Of a DNA stretch of 64,000 nucleotides, positions 11,346-23,145 are shown piece after piece (the first letter of the stretch is position 1; the number at the start of each line of letters is the position of its first letter). The position numbers and the translations under genes were made by a program. The notes under the pieces were generated by a model. It saw only the letters and a program-made list of their open reading frames with translations. It did no database searches and was not told the DNA's origin. The stretch comes from Rhina ancylostomus (taxonomy: Eukaryota), in contig JARFYF010000084.1 of NCBI GenBank assembly GCA_030265395.1, forward strand, positions 100,265,137 to 100,329,136. The letters are read 5' to 3'.

Positions 11346-12556
11346 TTTTTCCTTCTGGAACACTGAAGTCATTATGTGGTTACATACTCTACATCTTTAT
11401 TCCAACCTTCTGAAAAGTTCACTTTATGATAAAAACTATTTCCAAGTTGCTTTAGGTAATCAACTCATTGTGCAAATATAAGATGCACTTCCCTTAAGCA
11501 ATTTCATTCCCCAATAGCATGTTTCATATTTACCCTAATTGGCCATACTGTGATTGAAAATTTGTTGAGGAGCAAATTTAACTTTCCTGCTCAGTGGAAG
11601 ATTATATGTATTCTGATTTACCATGCCCAATAGGATTCCATTGTATTTATCTCATTTTATTAATGTGCATTTCACCAAGGAATTAAGTAAAGGTAATAGG
11701 GTCAACAAATATCAGGTTGACTATTTCTATAAGAAACTGGTCAGTATAAAGTAATAAGTTGGCAGCACTTCTCCTTGGGTTAATGTCTTAGNNNNNNNNN
11801 NNNNNNNNNNNNNNNNNNNNNNNNNNNNNNNNNNNNNNNNNNNNNNNNNNNNNNNNNNNNNNNNNNNNNNNNNNNNNNNNNNNNNNNNNNNNNNNNNNNN
11901 NNNNNNNNNNNNNNNNNNNNNNNNNNNNNNNNNNNNNNNNNNNNNNNNNNNNNNNNNNNNNNNNNNNNNNNNNNNNNNNNNNNNNNNNNNNNNNNNNNNN
12001 NNNNNNNNNNNNNNNNNNNNNNNNNNNNNNNNNNNNNNNNNNNNNNNNNNNNNNNNNNNNNNNNNNNNNNNNNNNNNNNNNNNNNNNNNNNNNNNNNNNN
12101 NNNNNNNNNNNNNNNNNNNNNNNNNNNNNNNNNNNNNNNNNNNNNNNNNNNNNNNNNNNNNNNNNNNNNNNNNNNNNNNNNNNNNNNNNNNNNNNNNNNN
12201 NNNNNNNNNNNNNNNNNNNNNNNNNNNNNNNNNNNNNNNNNNNNNNNNNNNNNNNNNNNNNNNNNNNNNNNNNNNNNNNNNNNNNNNNNNNNNNNNNNNN
12301 NNNNNNNNNNNNNNNNNNNNNNNNNNNNNNNNNNNNNNNNNNNNNNNNNNNNNNNNNNNNNNNNNNNNNNNNNNNNNNNNNNNNNNNNNNNNNNNNNNNN
12401 NNNNNNNNNNNNNNNNNNNNNNNNNNNNNNNNNNNNNNNNNNNNNNNNNNNNNNNNNNNNNNNNNNNNNNNNNNNNNNNNNNNNNNNNNNNNNNNNNNNN
12501 NNNNNNNNNNNNNNNNNNNNNNNNNNNNNNNNNNNNNNNNNNNNNNNNNNNNNNNN

Positions 12557-12833
12557 ACTTTAAGGTGATTGGAGGAAGGTATAAGGGGGATGTCAGGGGT
12601 AAGTTTTTTGTACAGAGGATGGTGGGTGCATGGAACACACTGCCTGCAGAAGCTCTGCGGGCAGATACATTAGGGACATTTAAGAGGCTCTTAGCCACAT
12701 GAATGATAGAAAAATAGGGGGCCATGTGGGAGGGAAGGGTTAGATGGATCTTAGAGCAGGATAAAATATCAGCACAACATTGTGGGCCAAAGGGCCTGTA
12801 CTGTGATGTAGTGTTCTATGTTCTATGTTCTAT
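12557..12833 (+). mobile_element. Young HER1/CR1 LINE 3' end (body probably in gap 11792-12556)
   Basis: Highly similar to 54550-54815; tail GGGCCAAAGGGCCTGTACTGTG followed by (GTTCTAT)x3. Confidence 0.85.
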
Positions 12834-13210
12834 ATTTTGTATCTGTTTTCATGGAAGAAGGCACAGAAGATCCCCTAGAAATAATGGAGAACTAGTTCAC
12901 AGTAAATGAGCAGCTGAAAGAAATTAGTATTTGTTAAAAAGAAGTATTGGAGAAATTAATGGGATTGAATGCCAATAAATTTGCAGGACATGATGATCTA
13001 TACCCCAAAGTTTTGGAAAGGGTAACTGATTTCCTCCAAATGGAATGTAGCAAATGTAACCCGGTATTTAAGAAAGGAGGGAGAGGTAAAAGTGAACTTC
13101 AGATCAACTAATCCAATAACAGTAGCAAGGAAAAAGCTAGAATCTATCATGAAGGAAGTGGAAACAATGCCATTAGAGAATAATGATACTACTGGGCAGA
13201 GTCAACATGG

Positions 13211-13303
13211 TAATGGGATTAGCATAGGTGGGTACTTGGTGGTCAGCATGGGCATGGTGGGCTGAAGGACCTCTTTCTATCCTGTATGACTCTTTAACTC
13301 TAT
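13211..13303 (+). mobile_element. Short HER1/CR1 3' tail nested in the older CR1
   Basis: GGTCAGCATGGGCATGGTGGGCTGAAGGACC...CTGTATGACTCT interrupts the SQHG codons; the host resumes at about 13310. Confidence 0.75.
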
Positions 13304-13364
13304 TTCTCTATGGATCAACAAAAGGGGAAGCATGTTTGGCAGTCAACTTGATTTTTTTGAGAAT

Positions 13365-13576
13365 GCAATAGTAAAGAATTATGTAATAATATGTTGCATA
13401 ATTGTGTAATAAGAATTATGTGAAAGCACATTATACCTGCAGCACAGGATAAAAGTACAAATAGGAAAAGGTGCCAGTGATTCCACCAGCTTGGATGATG
13501 GGGTGATTCCACCAGCTTGGATGATGGGGTTGGACAGATGGCATGATCGGTAATAGGTTGCAGTATGTCATAGTAA
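13365..13576. mobile_element. Unclassified short insertion flanked by a 10-bp direct repeat
   Basis: TTTTGAGAAT at 13355-13364 and 13577-13586; perfect internal 26-bp tandem duplication at 13477-13528; core 13436-13563 is homologous to 15398-15499. Confidence 0.65.
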
Positions 13577-15397
13577 TTTTGAGAATTGTAACAGTATAGA
13601 TAAAGGTCAATGAGTGCTTTTGGTTTTGTTGGAATTTCAGTAGGGATTCAATAAGGTGCCACACAAGGGGTAATTAAACAAATTTAGTGCATGTGGGATT
13701 AGGATATACTGGCATGGATTGTGGATTGGTTAACAGGGAGTGGGAATAACCAGTTCATTTTCAGGCTGGGAGGCTGTGACCAGTGGGTTACCACAGCATG
13801 GGTACTGGGCCCAGCTGCTCACAATCGATATCAATGACTTAGATGAGAGAATCAAGTGAAATATATTCAAGTTCACTGATGATGCAAAGCTGGATGGAGG
13901 TTTGTGTGGGCAAGGAGGATACAGAAAAAAATTGAGGCAATATAAACCAGCTACATGAATGGGTGAGCACATGGCAGAAGGCATACAAGAGTGAAAAATG
14001 TGAGATCATCCACTTTGGTAAAGAAAATAGAAAGGCAGAATTTCTTTTTAGATGGTGAGATGGCCTTTGCTGCAAAAGATTTTGAGTGAAAGAGTAAAGG
14101 CATTTTACTGCAATTACAAGGGGCCTTGGTGAAAGTGTATCTGGAATATTGTGTACAGGTCTGGTCTCCCTGTCTCAGGAAGAATGGACAAAATGAGTAC
14201 AACAAAAACTCACCATAAAAATTCCTGCGATTTGTTATAAGAAAGAGAGATTAAGCACCCTTTGCCTCTAATCTCTTGAGTTTAGGAAAATGAGAGGTGA
14301 TCTCATTGAAACATACCTACTGGACAACAGGGTAGATGCTGGAAGATGTTTCCTCTGGCTGTATTGTCCAGGATCAGTATTCACAGTCTCAAAATAAGGA
14401 GTCAGCCATTTGGGAATGAGATGAGAAGAAATTTTGTCACCAAGGGGATAGTGAAGCTTCAGAATTCTCTACCAAAGATGACTGTGCAGGTTTAGTTACT
14501 GACCTATTCACGACAACTGTATAGGTTTCAGGATGTCTTGGTATGGGTTATTCCAGGAAAGTAATGAAGAAGGAAAAAGTAAGCTCTGATCTAATTGAAT
14601 GGTGCAGAAAACTCAAGGGCCAAATTGCCTATTCCTGCTCCCATTCCTTATGTTCTTATGCAGATCCCGACATTGTTCTTGAGGTATACTATTGAAGTCA
14701 CATGGATAACAAATATGGACCTTGAGCAGATATATTTGTCATCATACAAATACATGGATATTTCAAAAGAGGGCTTCTGGGCTTCTATCATAATATAAGT
14801 CAAAGGTTTTTGGAACTCTCAGTGTCTAAGCAGGTATTGTCAGCTATTTACCCAATTTCTCTGAGGTTTCCATCAAATGCACGGTTGTGTTATGGTGGTA
14901 ATTTTAGGGCCAGAGCATCTGCAAACAGCAACTCCTCTCACAATCCCCATTATCCAAAATGTACATTGGTATTAGTAGACAGTTTTGCATCCATTTCAAA
15001 GAGTAATGGTTATCCAAACACAATACCTTAATTGTTGCAAGATCAGTATTTTATCCCGAAAACAAAAAAAATTGCAAAACTGATATACTTTGGCACCAAG
15101 AATAAAAAGTAAAATACAAGGATCTGTGATACACAGCCACACATTCAGGTATGGGAAAATACTGACTTGTATTTATTTCTGGCATATATACCCTGACCAA
15201 CATTCAAAAAAGTGACCCTGAGAGGTCTCCATTCCAACATTATATTCACCACACAAATGAAATGGCAAGATTCAGGAAAGGAGTCACTAACATCATAAAG
15301 AAACCCTTGCAATATTTGAAAAATCATGAAAAATTATGGGTAGTATTCTGTCGGCTAGTGCTGACTCATCTTCAAAAAATGCCTTTTCATTGAGAAG

Positions 15398-15499
15398 CCT
15401 ACAGCACGGGATAAAAGTACAAGTGGGAAAAGGTGCCATTGATCTCACCAGCTTGGTCGACTGGGTTGGTCAGATGGCATGATGGATAATGGGTTGCAG
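15398..15499. repeat. Second copy of the unclassified ~100-bp element
   Basis: CCTACAGCACGGGATAAAAGTACAAGTGGGAAAAGGTGCC...GGGTTGCAG matches 13436-13563, without the 26-bp duplication. Confidence 0.75.
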
Positions 15500-16369
15500 A
15501 GTCCATTGATCAAAGAATCACATCGAAGGATCTTACAGAAGATTTAAAACTGAGTGAATTAGTACATCAGTGAGGAAGTCCACAGGGTATGGAGGTATCA
15601 GTCTCAAATGCAACTCTGGGTTTCAAATCCATTCCTTTGAAATAGACACCTCAATTCTGATAACCATAACACGGTGGAACAAAAGTGAAGCTCAATAAAA
15701 ATCTCAGATGATGCAAACAGAACACTAACAAACTTTGAGGTTTTGTGGTTTCTTTGCAAGTAGCATTGGATCTTATTATTCCAACCCTGTGAACTTCCAT
15801 GTCCAACAACCTACTCCCAAATAATCTTCAGAAACTGCAGTTTATTGGCATTTGGTGCTGAATGTGAGCACCGATAGGCATATTATGAGGTCACACAAAT
15901 GAAGATACAAGACCATAATTCCCCAGTCATTCGAGTTATAATAACGCTGAAAACAATGGATATTTACATGTTCCTGAAATTCTTGAGAGAGACTATATTC
16001 AAAAATGAATGTTTCCAAACAGCAATCAACAAGCAATTGATTGTTCTGGGCAATCAACATCCAGCAACATTGACAGAAGGTCTTAGGCCAATATTATCTA
16101 ACCGAGCTTGCGATATGTTGAGGACCTAACTCCAGAATTTAGAAACAGATCATTGGATTATTGCTGGGGCTGGAGGGCATTCTAGTATCCCTGCATCCAT
16201 CCAGCAATTTCTCCAGTGGGATGTTCATCCTATCCCAATACCTCTTGTCTATTATTCCGGAAACAAACTTGATGGTAGTGACAAAATCACAGTGATGCTG
16301 ATTCAATCAAGTTGAATCAAGTTGCAATCAATGATGTTGATAAAATCAAGTGGCTCTCTCCTTAATCAA

Positions 16370-16610
16370 AGAACAGGAGAGTTATTCGTAATCTTCTGGC
16401 CAATATTAAACCCTCACCAAAAAGTAAAAACAGATTATCTGTCCAACATATGATGTTGATGAATTTGGGAGTTTGTTGCATGTAAAATGTCCGCTACATT
16501 TCCTACATTTCAACCAGACAGCGCTTCAAAAGTTCTTCACTGATCATAAAGTGTTTTGGGACATGCTGTGGTGGAGAAAAGCTGTATATAAATGTTAGTC
16601 TTTTTTTATT
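16370..16610 (+). mobile_element. Deu-domain SINE (SacSINE1-like), 3' part
   Basis: CTGGCCAATATT..CCCTCA..AAACAGATTATCTG...TTTCCTACATT...CTTCAAAAG...TTTGGGAC...TATATAAATG, the order recalled for DeuSINE with an L2-like tail. Confidence 0.75.
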
Positions 16611-16917
16611 CCTTAGGCAGATAGATTCTAAACATGATGAGGCGTCCACCACCATTTGTCTAAGTATGAAATGTAAAGGCACAGAGAAAAAGATATAGAC
16701 CCTTGCCAGTAACCTGTTCCTGAGATCATGCAGCCTTATTCATGTTATTCAAAAGTTATGGAGGAAAATAGAACTCAGCTTTGAGTGATTTCAACCTGAT
16801 AANNNNNNNNNNNNNNNNNNNNNNNNNNNNNNNNNNNNNNNNNNNNNNNNNNNNNNNNNNNNNNNNNNNNNNNNNNNNNNNNNNNNNNNNNNNNNNNNNN
16901 NNNNNNNNNNNNNNNNN

Positions 16918-17100
16918 CCACTATTCTTCCCTTTAACCGAATCTTCCAACATTCCCATCTACTGCTACCAGAATCTCACTACTCACCTACATACTAAGGG
17001 CATTTTTTACAGTGGCCAATTAACCTACCAACCACAAGAAAAGCCCACATGGTCACAGGGATACTATGCAAACTCCACAAGACTGAACCTGGGTTATTAG
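16918..17100 (-). mobile_element. HE1-type tRNA-derived SINE fragment
   Basis: TTTACAGTGGCCAATTAACCTACCAACC...CCCACATGGTCACAGGG...TGCAAACTCCACA is the reverse complement of the SINE at 63262-63560. Confidence 0.8.
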
Positions 17101-18009
17101 TATTAAATTACATTGAGTAATAATTGATTTAGCCCATGGTAATATGATAAAAATGGTAAATACATAATAGTATTTAAAGACACTCATTAATAATACATGT
17201 TTGGAATTAATGAAAGTGACTTTCACACATTCCTATAGTAGAAAGCTCATTGAGATAGATCTCTTTGCAAATCAAGTTCATGTGCAAGCCATCAATGGCT
17301 TAACACATCATGCATTATTTTGGCGCTGTGAGCTTTACTTGTAGCGATCCTGCTGTGTGCACAAGTTCTCACAAAAGACACAGACAGGAGTTACTATGGA
17401 TGTCAAAAGCTTTCAGTAAGTCACAAGGGTCTACTTGGCATGAAAGAGATCCAGCACTGTCAATTTGTAAAGTATTTTTCAACAACACCATGTAACTTTT
17501 GACAAAAACTCACAAATATCCAGTAAATACAGGTGAATTGTCACTATCTTCGTTTAGTACTTCATTCTACTGGAAACAACAACAGCTGAATAAAAAGAAC
17601 AACTTGCTTTTCAGATTTTAGAATGGAAGACCAATGCAATTCAGTTACAAGAATGAATGCTGAATATTCACAGTCTGTAGTTTTCCTTTCACGGCTCTCA
17701 GTGATGGAGTTCACAGCTCACAGTCTGGAATTGTCCATATGCAATGTAAGATCGGATAAACTACATACTGCATTAACCAACAAATCTATTCAGAAACATC
17801 CACACTTTTCTTAGCAGAGAACTACATGTATTTGCCAACCCTGTTGGTAATTTCATTTCATTATTTCTTAATGAGATCAATTAGTAATAGAGCCAAACTT
17901 TGAACAGGTTAGTCTAAGCTAATTTATTAACATTGAAGATTCCAGGCTGTTTAGGAAGGTAAACTGAAGGTAAACTGAAGCAGAACAAAATATTCCATTG
18001 CTTTCCTTA

Positions 18010-18300
18010 TGGCAGAGAGGAAGGTGATTCAGCCCATCAAGTCAATGTTGGCACATGGAGCAATCTTATTCCGCCACTATTCTTCTCAACGTTCCCATCA
18101 ACTCCCACCAGAATCTCACCACACATCTACATACTGATGATGTATACATACTGATGATGGACTACATACAGTGGCCAAATAAGCCACAAACCACAAGAGA
18201 AGCCCACATGGTCACAAGGATAATATGCAAACTCCACAGGTCTGAACCTCGGTTATCAGTGCTGTGAGACAGCAGCTTTACTGGTTGTGTCACTGTGCTG
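18010..18300 (-). mobile_element. HE1-type tRNA-derived SINE
   Basis: TTCAGCCCATCAAGTC tail, ACAGTGGCCAA, TGCAAACTCCACA, GCTGTGAGACAGCAGC...CACTGTGCTG head. Confidence 0.8.
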
Positions 18301-18989
18301 TCATATTTCCCACTGTTCCATTAGCAGTCTTATATCCATGCCAAATAGTAAAGCACAAAATGCACGTTAACTGAATATACCACACTAGCTCGGCATTTAA
18401 TGGTTTAATTATTTCTCACTTTGCTGATTGGCAGAATTTTCCTAGTTTTATACTCATTAATACTCCTGTTCATTTGTAGATCTAGGAGGCAATTATGTAA
18501 GGTAAAATGGAGCAGTCAAGAAGGGAAAAAAAAGATAGTAAAAATGATGTTAAGTTCTCATTATGGGCACATAAACACCTTAAGTATTGCTGAATATAGC
18601 AATCCAGCTGTGGAATGTGCAAGTTAGTGAAATGTATGGAAGATTAAGTTATAAAAACCCCACTTCACCAATGTCATCTTTCACAAATAACAAAAGTTGA
18701 TACTTTGGCAATCATGTATTTACAACACATTAACATGAAAATTATGTTTTGATTTGAAAGATAAAGTCCGCAAAACAGATGGCTCCTCGAGCATAGGAAA
18801 ATGGAAACATTTCACTTTCAAGTCAAACTACAGCTAAACAAATACAAAAAAAAGGATCCAATTAAATGCAGTTGAAACTCTTTCAGATTGAGTGGCAGTC
18901 ATCTGGAGTAGCTTGTTGTTCGGGCCATGCAGGAGCTTAATGGATGGTATCTCTCTCTTCCTGATAGAAGCAAACAGAATAAACTGGTT

Positions 18990-19800
18990 GAGTCTCCACT
19001 GAGCCATGTCAACATTGGCTGGGTCTTTGCTTGTATAGGTAGTTCTGCTATAATGCGATAGTTAAGTTTCTCAGAAACCTTGTGTTATAGAAAGTCACGT
19101 TATGGCAGAACAGGCAGTAGTTGCCTTCAAAGCACAGATTTAAACAAGTCTTCCTGATCACAATTGTGCTATAAGCAATGTGGCACACATAATGCAAACA
19201 GTGTTCATAAGTCATGAATCACATTATAACCAATTCATATTATGAAAACATGTGTTAAAGCAGAACTACCTGTATCTCAATAGAAGATGAAACCTGCTGC
19301 ACTAGCCACTGGATCATGGTGGTATCAATGCCTGCAAGCTCTTAGGTGTCACCTGCTTTCCAACAGGAGAGGATGTGTTCAATAGAAAGTCCTAAAGAAG
19401 TTAGAAATGGACATTGTGTGTTCATTGACCATTCCTGCAGGATCCCAGTCAGGGCAGACAATAAGTCAACAACTGCAACATGACACAGCGTTCTTGTGTA
19501 TCTTCCCCTGTGAAAATCCTCCAAAGCAGAAATGTTGTGCCACCTTATGCTCAGAGACCTGGTACATTAACTTACTAATCCTCTGGTCTAATTGCAATGG
19601 GCTAGTGTCAAGTGTCTTCCATCATGAAACACCCTCTCATAACCTAGCTTGTTCAACACTTGTGGTGCTAGATTCTAAGCCAGTGTCTGTAATAATACAC
19701 AGGTACAATTGTTCAGTGTCCTCCTCCTGCACCTCTTCCTCTTCATTGTAGTTGACCTCATACATGGGACAGATTGGGCAGATGGTACAGTATCTCCTGT
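18990..19800 (-). pseudogene. Probable 3' exons of a Harbinger Myb-like gene, split by a MITE
   Basis: - strand acidic tract EEEEVQEED, then LLSALTGILQEWS...SIEHILS and DTTMIQWLVQQVSSSI, comparable with DPTTMQYLMVD at about 32173-32205 in the + copy. Confidence 0.4.
19036..19272. mobile_element. Tc1/mariner (pogo/Tigger-like) MITE
   Basis: Left end TAGGTAGTTCTGCTATAATGC versus reverse-complemented right end CAGGTAGTTCTGCTTTAACAC; TA on both flanks (19034-35, 19273-74); internal subterminal GTTATA/TTATAA-type repeats. Confidence 0.85.
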
Positions 19801-20159
19801 GACTGTGCAACAATGAAGACAGAAATGAACACAATGAGTACATAGTACTATATAGGGAGTGTCCAGCAGGCACACATATTCAATATAAAGGCCATTCATT
19901 ACTCTGACAGGAAGAGGCATGGTGAAGGAGGCCAATTGGAAACTTCACCCACAACATGCTCAGCTGATAAGAAGTAATGGTCTAGATGGCCCCGATGTCA
20001 TTTGGATAAGAACCTCTTCCTCTGATGTGACTTAGCAATTTGAAATGGCCCCAACCTTCTGCTTGTGAAGTCACCTATGTTAGGAACTTTACCTTTCAAA
20101 ATAAAATGTAATTTTCATATTAATGTGCAATAAATACATAATTGCCAAAGTTTAATTTT

Positions 20160-20420
20160 TGTTATTTATTTGTTCACTGGATGTGGACAGCACTCATATT
20201 TATTGTCCATCCCTAAATGCGCCTGAACTGAGGAGACACTTAACAGTCCAGCTCATCGATGGGTCTGAACTCACACACAGGCCAGTCTAAGTAAGGGTGG
20301 CAGGTTTCCTTTCCTGAAGAACATTAGTGAACAAGATTGGAACTTACAGCTATCTAGTAGTTTCATGGTTATTTTTTACTGAGTTTATTGTAATGCCAGA
20401 TTCAGTAAATTAATCTATAT
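20160..20420 (-). mobile_element. SINE fragment with a CR1-like tail
   Basis: TTTATTGTCCATCCCTAAATG tail (cf. 25051-25075), GGCCAG..GTAAGGGTGGCAGGTTTCCTTTCCTGAAGAACATTAGTGAAC. Confidence 0.6.
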
Positions 20421-20499
20421 TCTCCAGCTGTTTATATGATTTGAGAGACACTATAGAGAGGTGGTATAATCTTAGTTTTACTACTATGGGGGAGTGGAA

Positions 20500-21105
20500 A
20501 GCAGAGGGACTAATAGTTACACACACAGGTGTCTAGACATGTTGAGAAGGCACTTAAAATATATGATGTACTTGGCAATATAAATAGGCAAACAAAATAT
20601 AATAACAACAGTCATGCTAAAACTTTACTGGTTACATCTCCACTGGAATATTGTCTACAGTTCTGGGTACCACAGGAAGGTTGCCAAAGTAAAGAAGACA
20701 ATACTAAATAAATTCAGTTGATTGATCTATGGAGATTTTGAGAAACTGGGATTACTTGCTGAAGAGAAGATGAAGGAATTAAGGTATTCACACTTATAAG
20801 TTTCCTTGATAAAGCAATTTGGGAGAACATTTTCATTGGCATGCAGGTCAAAAGCTTTAGTTTATAAGTTGATGAAAAGATTGAGGGAAAATGGAGAGGG
20901 ATATCTTCAACTAAAGGGTTGTTAAAATCAGGAATGCAGTGCAAGAAAGAGAGCTGGAATTAGATTTACACATACTTTCAAAAGGCTAATTACACATTCA
21001 AATGCCTTTTTTAATTAAAGAGAAGTACTTTGCAGGGTATGCGGAAAAAGGTTGAGGTGTGGGACTGAATTAGATAACTGTAAGATTAAATAATTCTATG
21101 ATTCT
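20500..21105 (+). mobile_element. Degraded CR1 LINE 3' region
   Basis: ORF 20529 contains LLVTSPLEYCLQFW (CR1 consensus LVRPxLEYCVQFW); tail TTCTATGATTCT. Confidence 0.75.
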
Positions 21106-21349
21106 GCAGTAATGTTCATTTACTAATCTTGTAAATAGTTTTGGAGTAAGTGCATACCTTCGGAAAGCCATTACAATCGGGCTGTCGTGTACACCTCAAC
21201 ACTTTGATTCTGCTACCTCTTGCAGTAGGTTCTAACCCAGTAAATGCCATGTCATGTTACAGCAGAAGGACAGGAATAGCTTGGCATTTTTTTTCCACTT
21301 GAGCACTCTGGTTTGATCATACTTTGCGCTTCATTCTCTAGTTCCTCTG

Positions 21350-21740
21350 CAAGTACCTGCCTAACTTCATTTTAGAACAATTTATTGGATGATAATAATT
21401 TCATTTGGAGAATAGCACATTCCAATTATCATCTGCATAAAGTAATTTTTTTCCAGCATTAACTTAATGCTTTTCGTTATTACCTTAACTTTGTCCCTAA
21501 TTGTTGCTATCTTACCAGCCAAAGGAAACAATTTAACTTAACATAATAATTCATAGAACTAGAGATATTTTTCCAATTAATTTCCTCATCTGCATTGGGA
21601 AGAAAACCTTCTGATGGCTAATCTCCCACCTTAACGATATTCTCTTGTCCCTGATATTGTCTCAGTGAGTCTGTGCTGAATTGTTCAATGTTTTACATTT
21701 TTTCTGTAATGCACTGTCCAAAACTGTGTGCAACATGACC
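21350..21740 (-). mobile_element. Degraded CR1 LINE fragment
   Basis: - strand CCTQFWTVHYRK, matching CVQFWSPxYRK. Confidence 0.55.
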
Positions 21741-21894
21741 AATTTGAGAAGTGTGAATGGAAAGTTTCAAGGAGCATGTCAGTGATATCTGGTCTTCTTC
21801 TACCAAGATCCCAGACTCTAAACCTCAAATCCAATTTCATAATATTGACCCAAGCTCTGTAATCAAGATCTTGCAAAAGTAGTAACTAAGTCAA

Positions 21895-22020
21895 GCAGCA
21901 CAGATGCATTTAAAGGTTATCTAGATATACACAAGTAGGAGAAGAAAAGGAGATTGAGCTGATAGGATAAGATGAAAAGTGGGAAGAGGCTTATGTGGAA
22001 TATAAATGCAAAGGCCTGGG
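21895..22020 (+). mobile_element. CR1 3' end fragment
   Basis: GATGCATTTAAAGGTTATCTAGAT...GGAAGAGGCTTATGTGGAATATAAA, similar to 50325-50372 and 45265-45365. Confidence 0.55.
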
Positions 22021-22959
22021 AATTCGGTCACTTTATCCAGTACTATTCATGTGAAAATTGATGTTTTCTAGAGAGGAATGAGATTATGATTGTTCCTGTG
22101 TCAGATTGTGCTACTCTGAAGATTTGCCTGGTCATTTCCTCTCACATTGACTGCATTCCTGTGCATCTGATTGGATTTCTAATGATGATATCCCCTGCTG
22201 TTGCCAAGGAAATTAGTCTACCTTGTGCTGGGAATACAGGTTGCTGTGCACTCTCAGGACAATCATGTTTTAATCTGGCCATTNNNNNNNNNNCATTTCC
22301 AGCCAGGATCACATACAGTTGTCCAATTATGGACACCCTCTTCCTTTGGTCTCTAACCCTAAGGTAATAACTTTCCCACCCACTTATCTTACTCCACAGC
22401 AGGCTGTTTGACAGAGGATGTCTGACCCACTGATCAGTCCTGTTCCCCAACCTTCCCAATCAACCCTAACTACCTATTCCCTAACTGGTCCCTAGTCTCC
22501 TGATCAGTACAGGCTATAACCCATTGATATAGCTGACACCTGACTGCACAATCTCCAGTTCCCCAATCTTTGAACTCCCTGATAACCCAATGCCTGATTG
22601 AGACCTCAGAACCACAAACACCCCATCATGGAGTTGCCAGTCTCTAATGGAGGCCATTCTCTCCCTACAGGTCAGATTCAGCTCGAACAGTCATCTCTCC
22701 ATCATCCTTGACCCACACCCACTCCTGGACCCGGCCTCAGTCCCAGATCCACAGTACCAAAGAAATACCATGCAATGGAGAATTATTAGGACTCAAGATC
22801 CAAAGCCACGGGAGTCTGCATTTCATAGCCATGAGGGCGTACAACAGCTTCAACACTCATGTAAAACAATCAGGTTGGATGGGCTCATCCTGTGGTTACA
22901 TTTTACTTAGTTCAAAGTAGCAGAATGCCTCAGTGGGAACATTTATTCTGTTTTGCCTC

Positions 22960-23145
22960 CCGAGGCTGTAACCTGGGTGCAGGGATTATAGGAAAAGTGG
23001 ACAGAGTGGAGAAAACACCCTTAAGGGAGTTCTCCTGATTGTCCAGTCCATTTAAATTAAGTGTTAGAAACTTGGACAGGCTCCCATTAAGGACTTGCTG
23101 TTCTCCAGTTTTCCTATAATTGCTGACCTCAGGCAATCCACAGGA
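22960..23145. repeat. Imperfect palindrome (MITE-like)
   Basis: ATTATAGGAAAAGTGGA (about 22985) pairs with TCCAGTTTTCCTATAAT (23104-23120); inner CTTAAGGGAG pairs with CTCCCATTAAG; AT-rich centre. Confidence 0.65.

Larger units (their letters stand above)
12833..14660 (+). mobile_element. Old CR1 LINE ORF2 (RT) relic with nested insertions
   Basis: Degenerate motifs in order: YFVSVF, FKKGGR, GQSQHG, EFQ*GFNKVPH, SGLPQ, KFTDDAKL, LEYCVQVWSP, MRGDLIETY; 3' tail CCTTATGTTCTTATG. Confidence 0.9.

Noticed and set aside
11727-12725. Long ORFs in the track (also 25012-25605, 48180-48662, 53514-54558, 61700-62905)
   Set aside because: Their length comes from reading through N gaps; the real residues are LINE sense/antisense or random.
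13477-13528. Direct repeats as a CRISPR-like array
   Set aside because: Only two adjacent 26-bp copies with no spacer, in a vertebrate genome.
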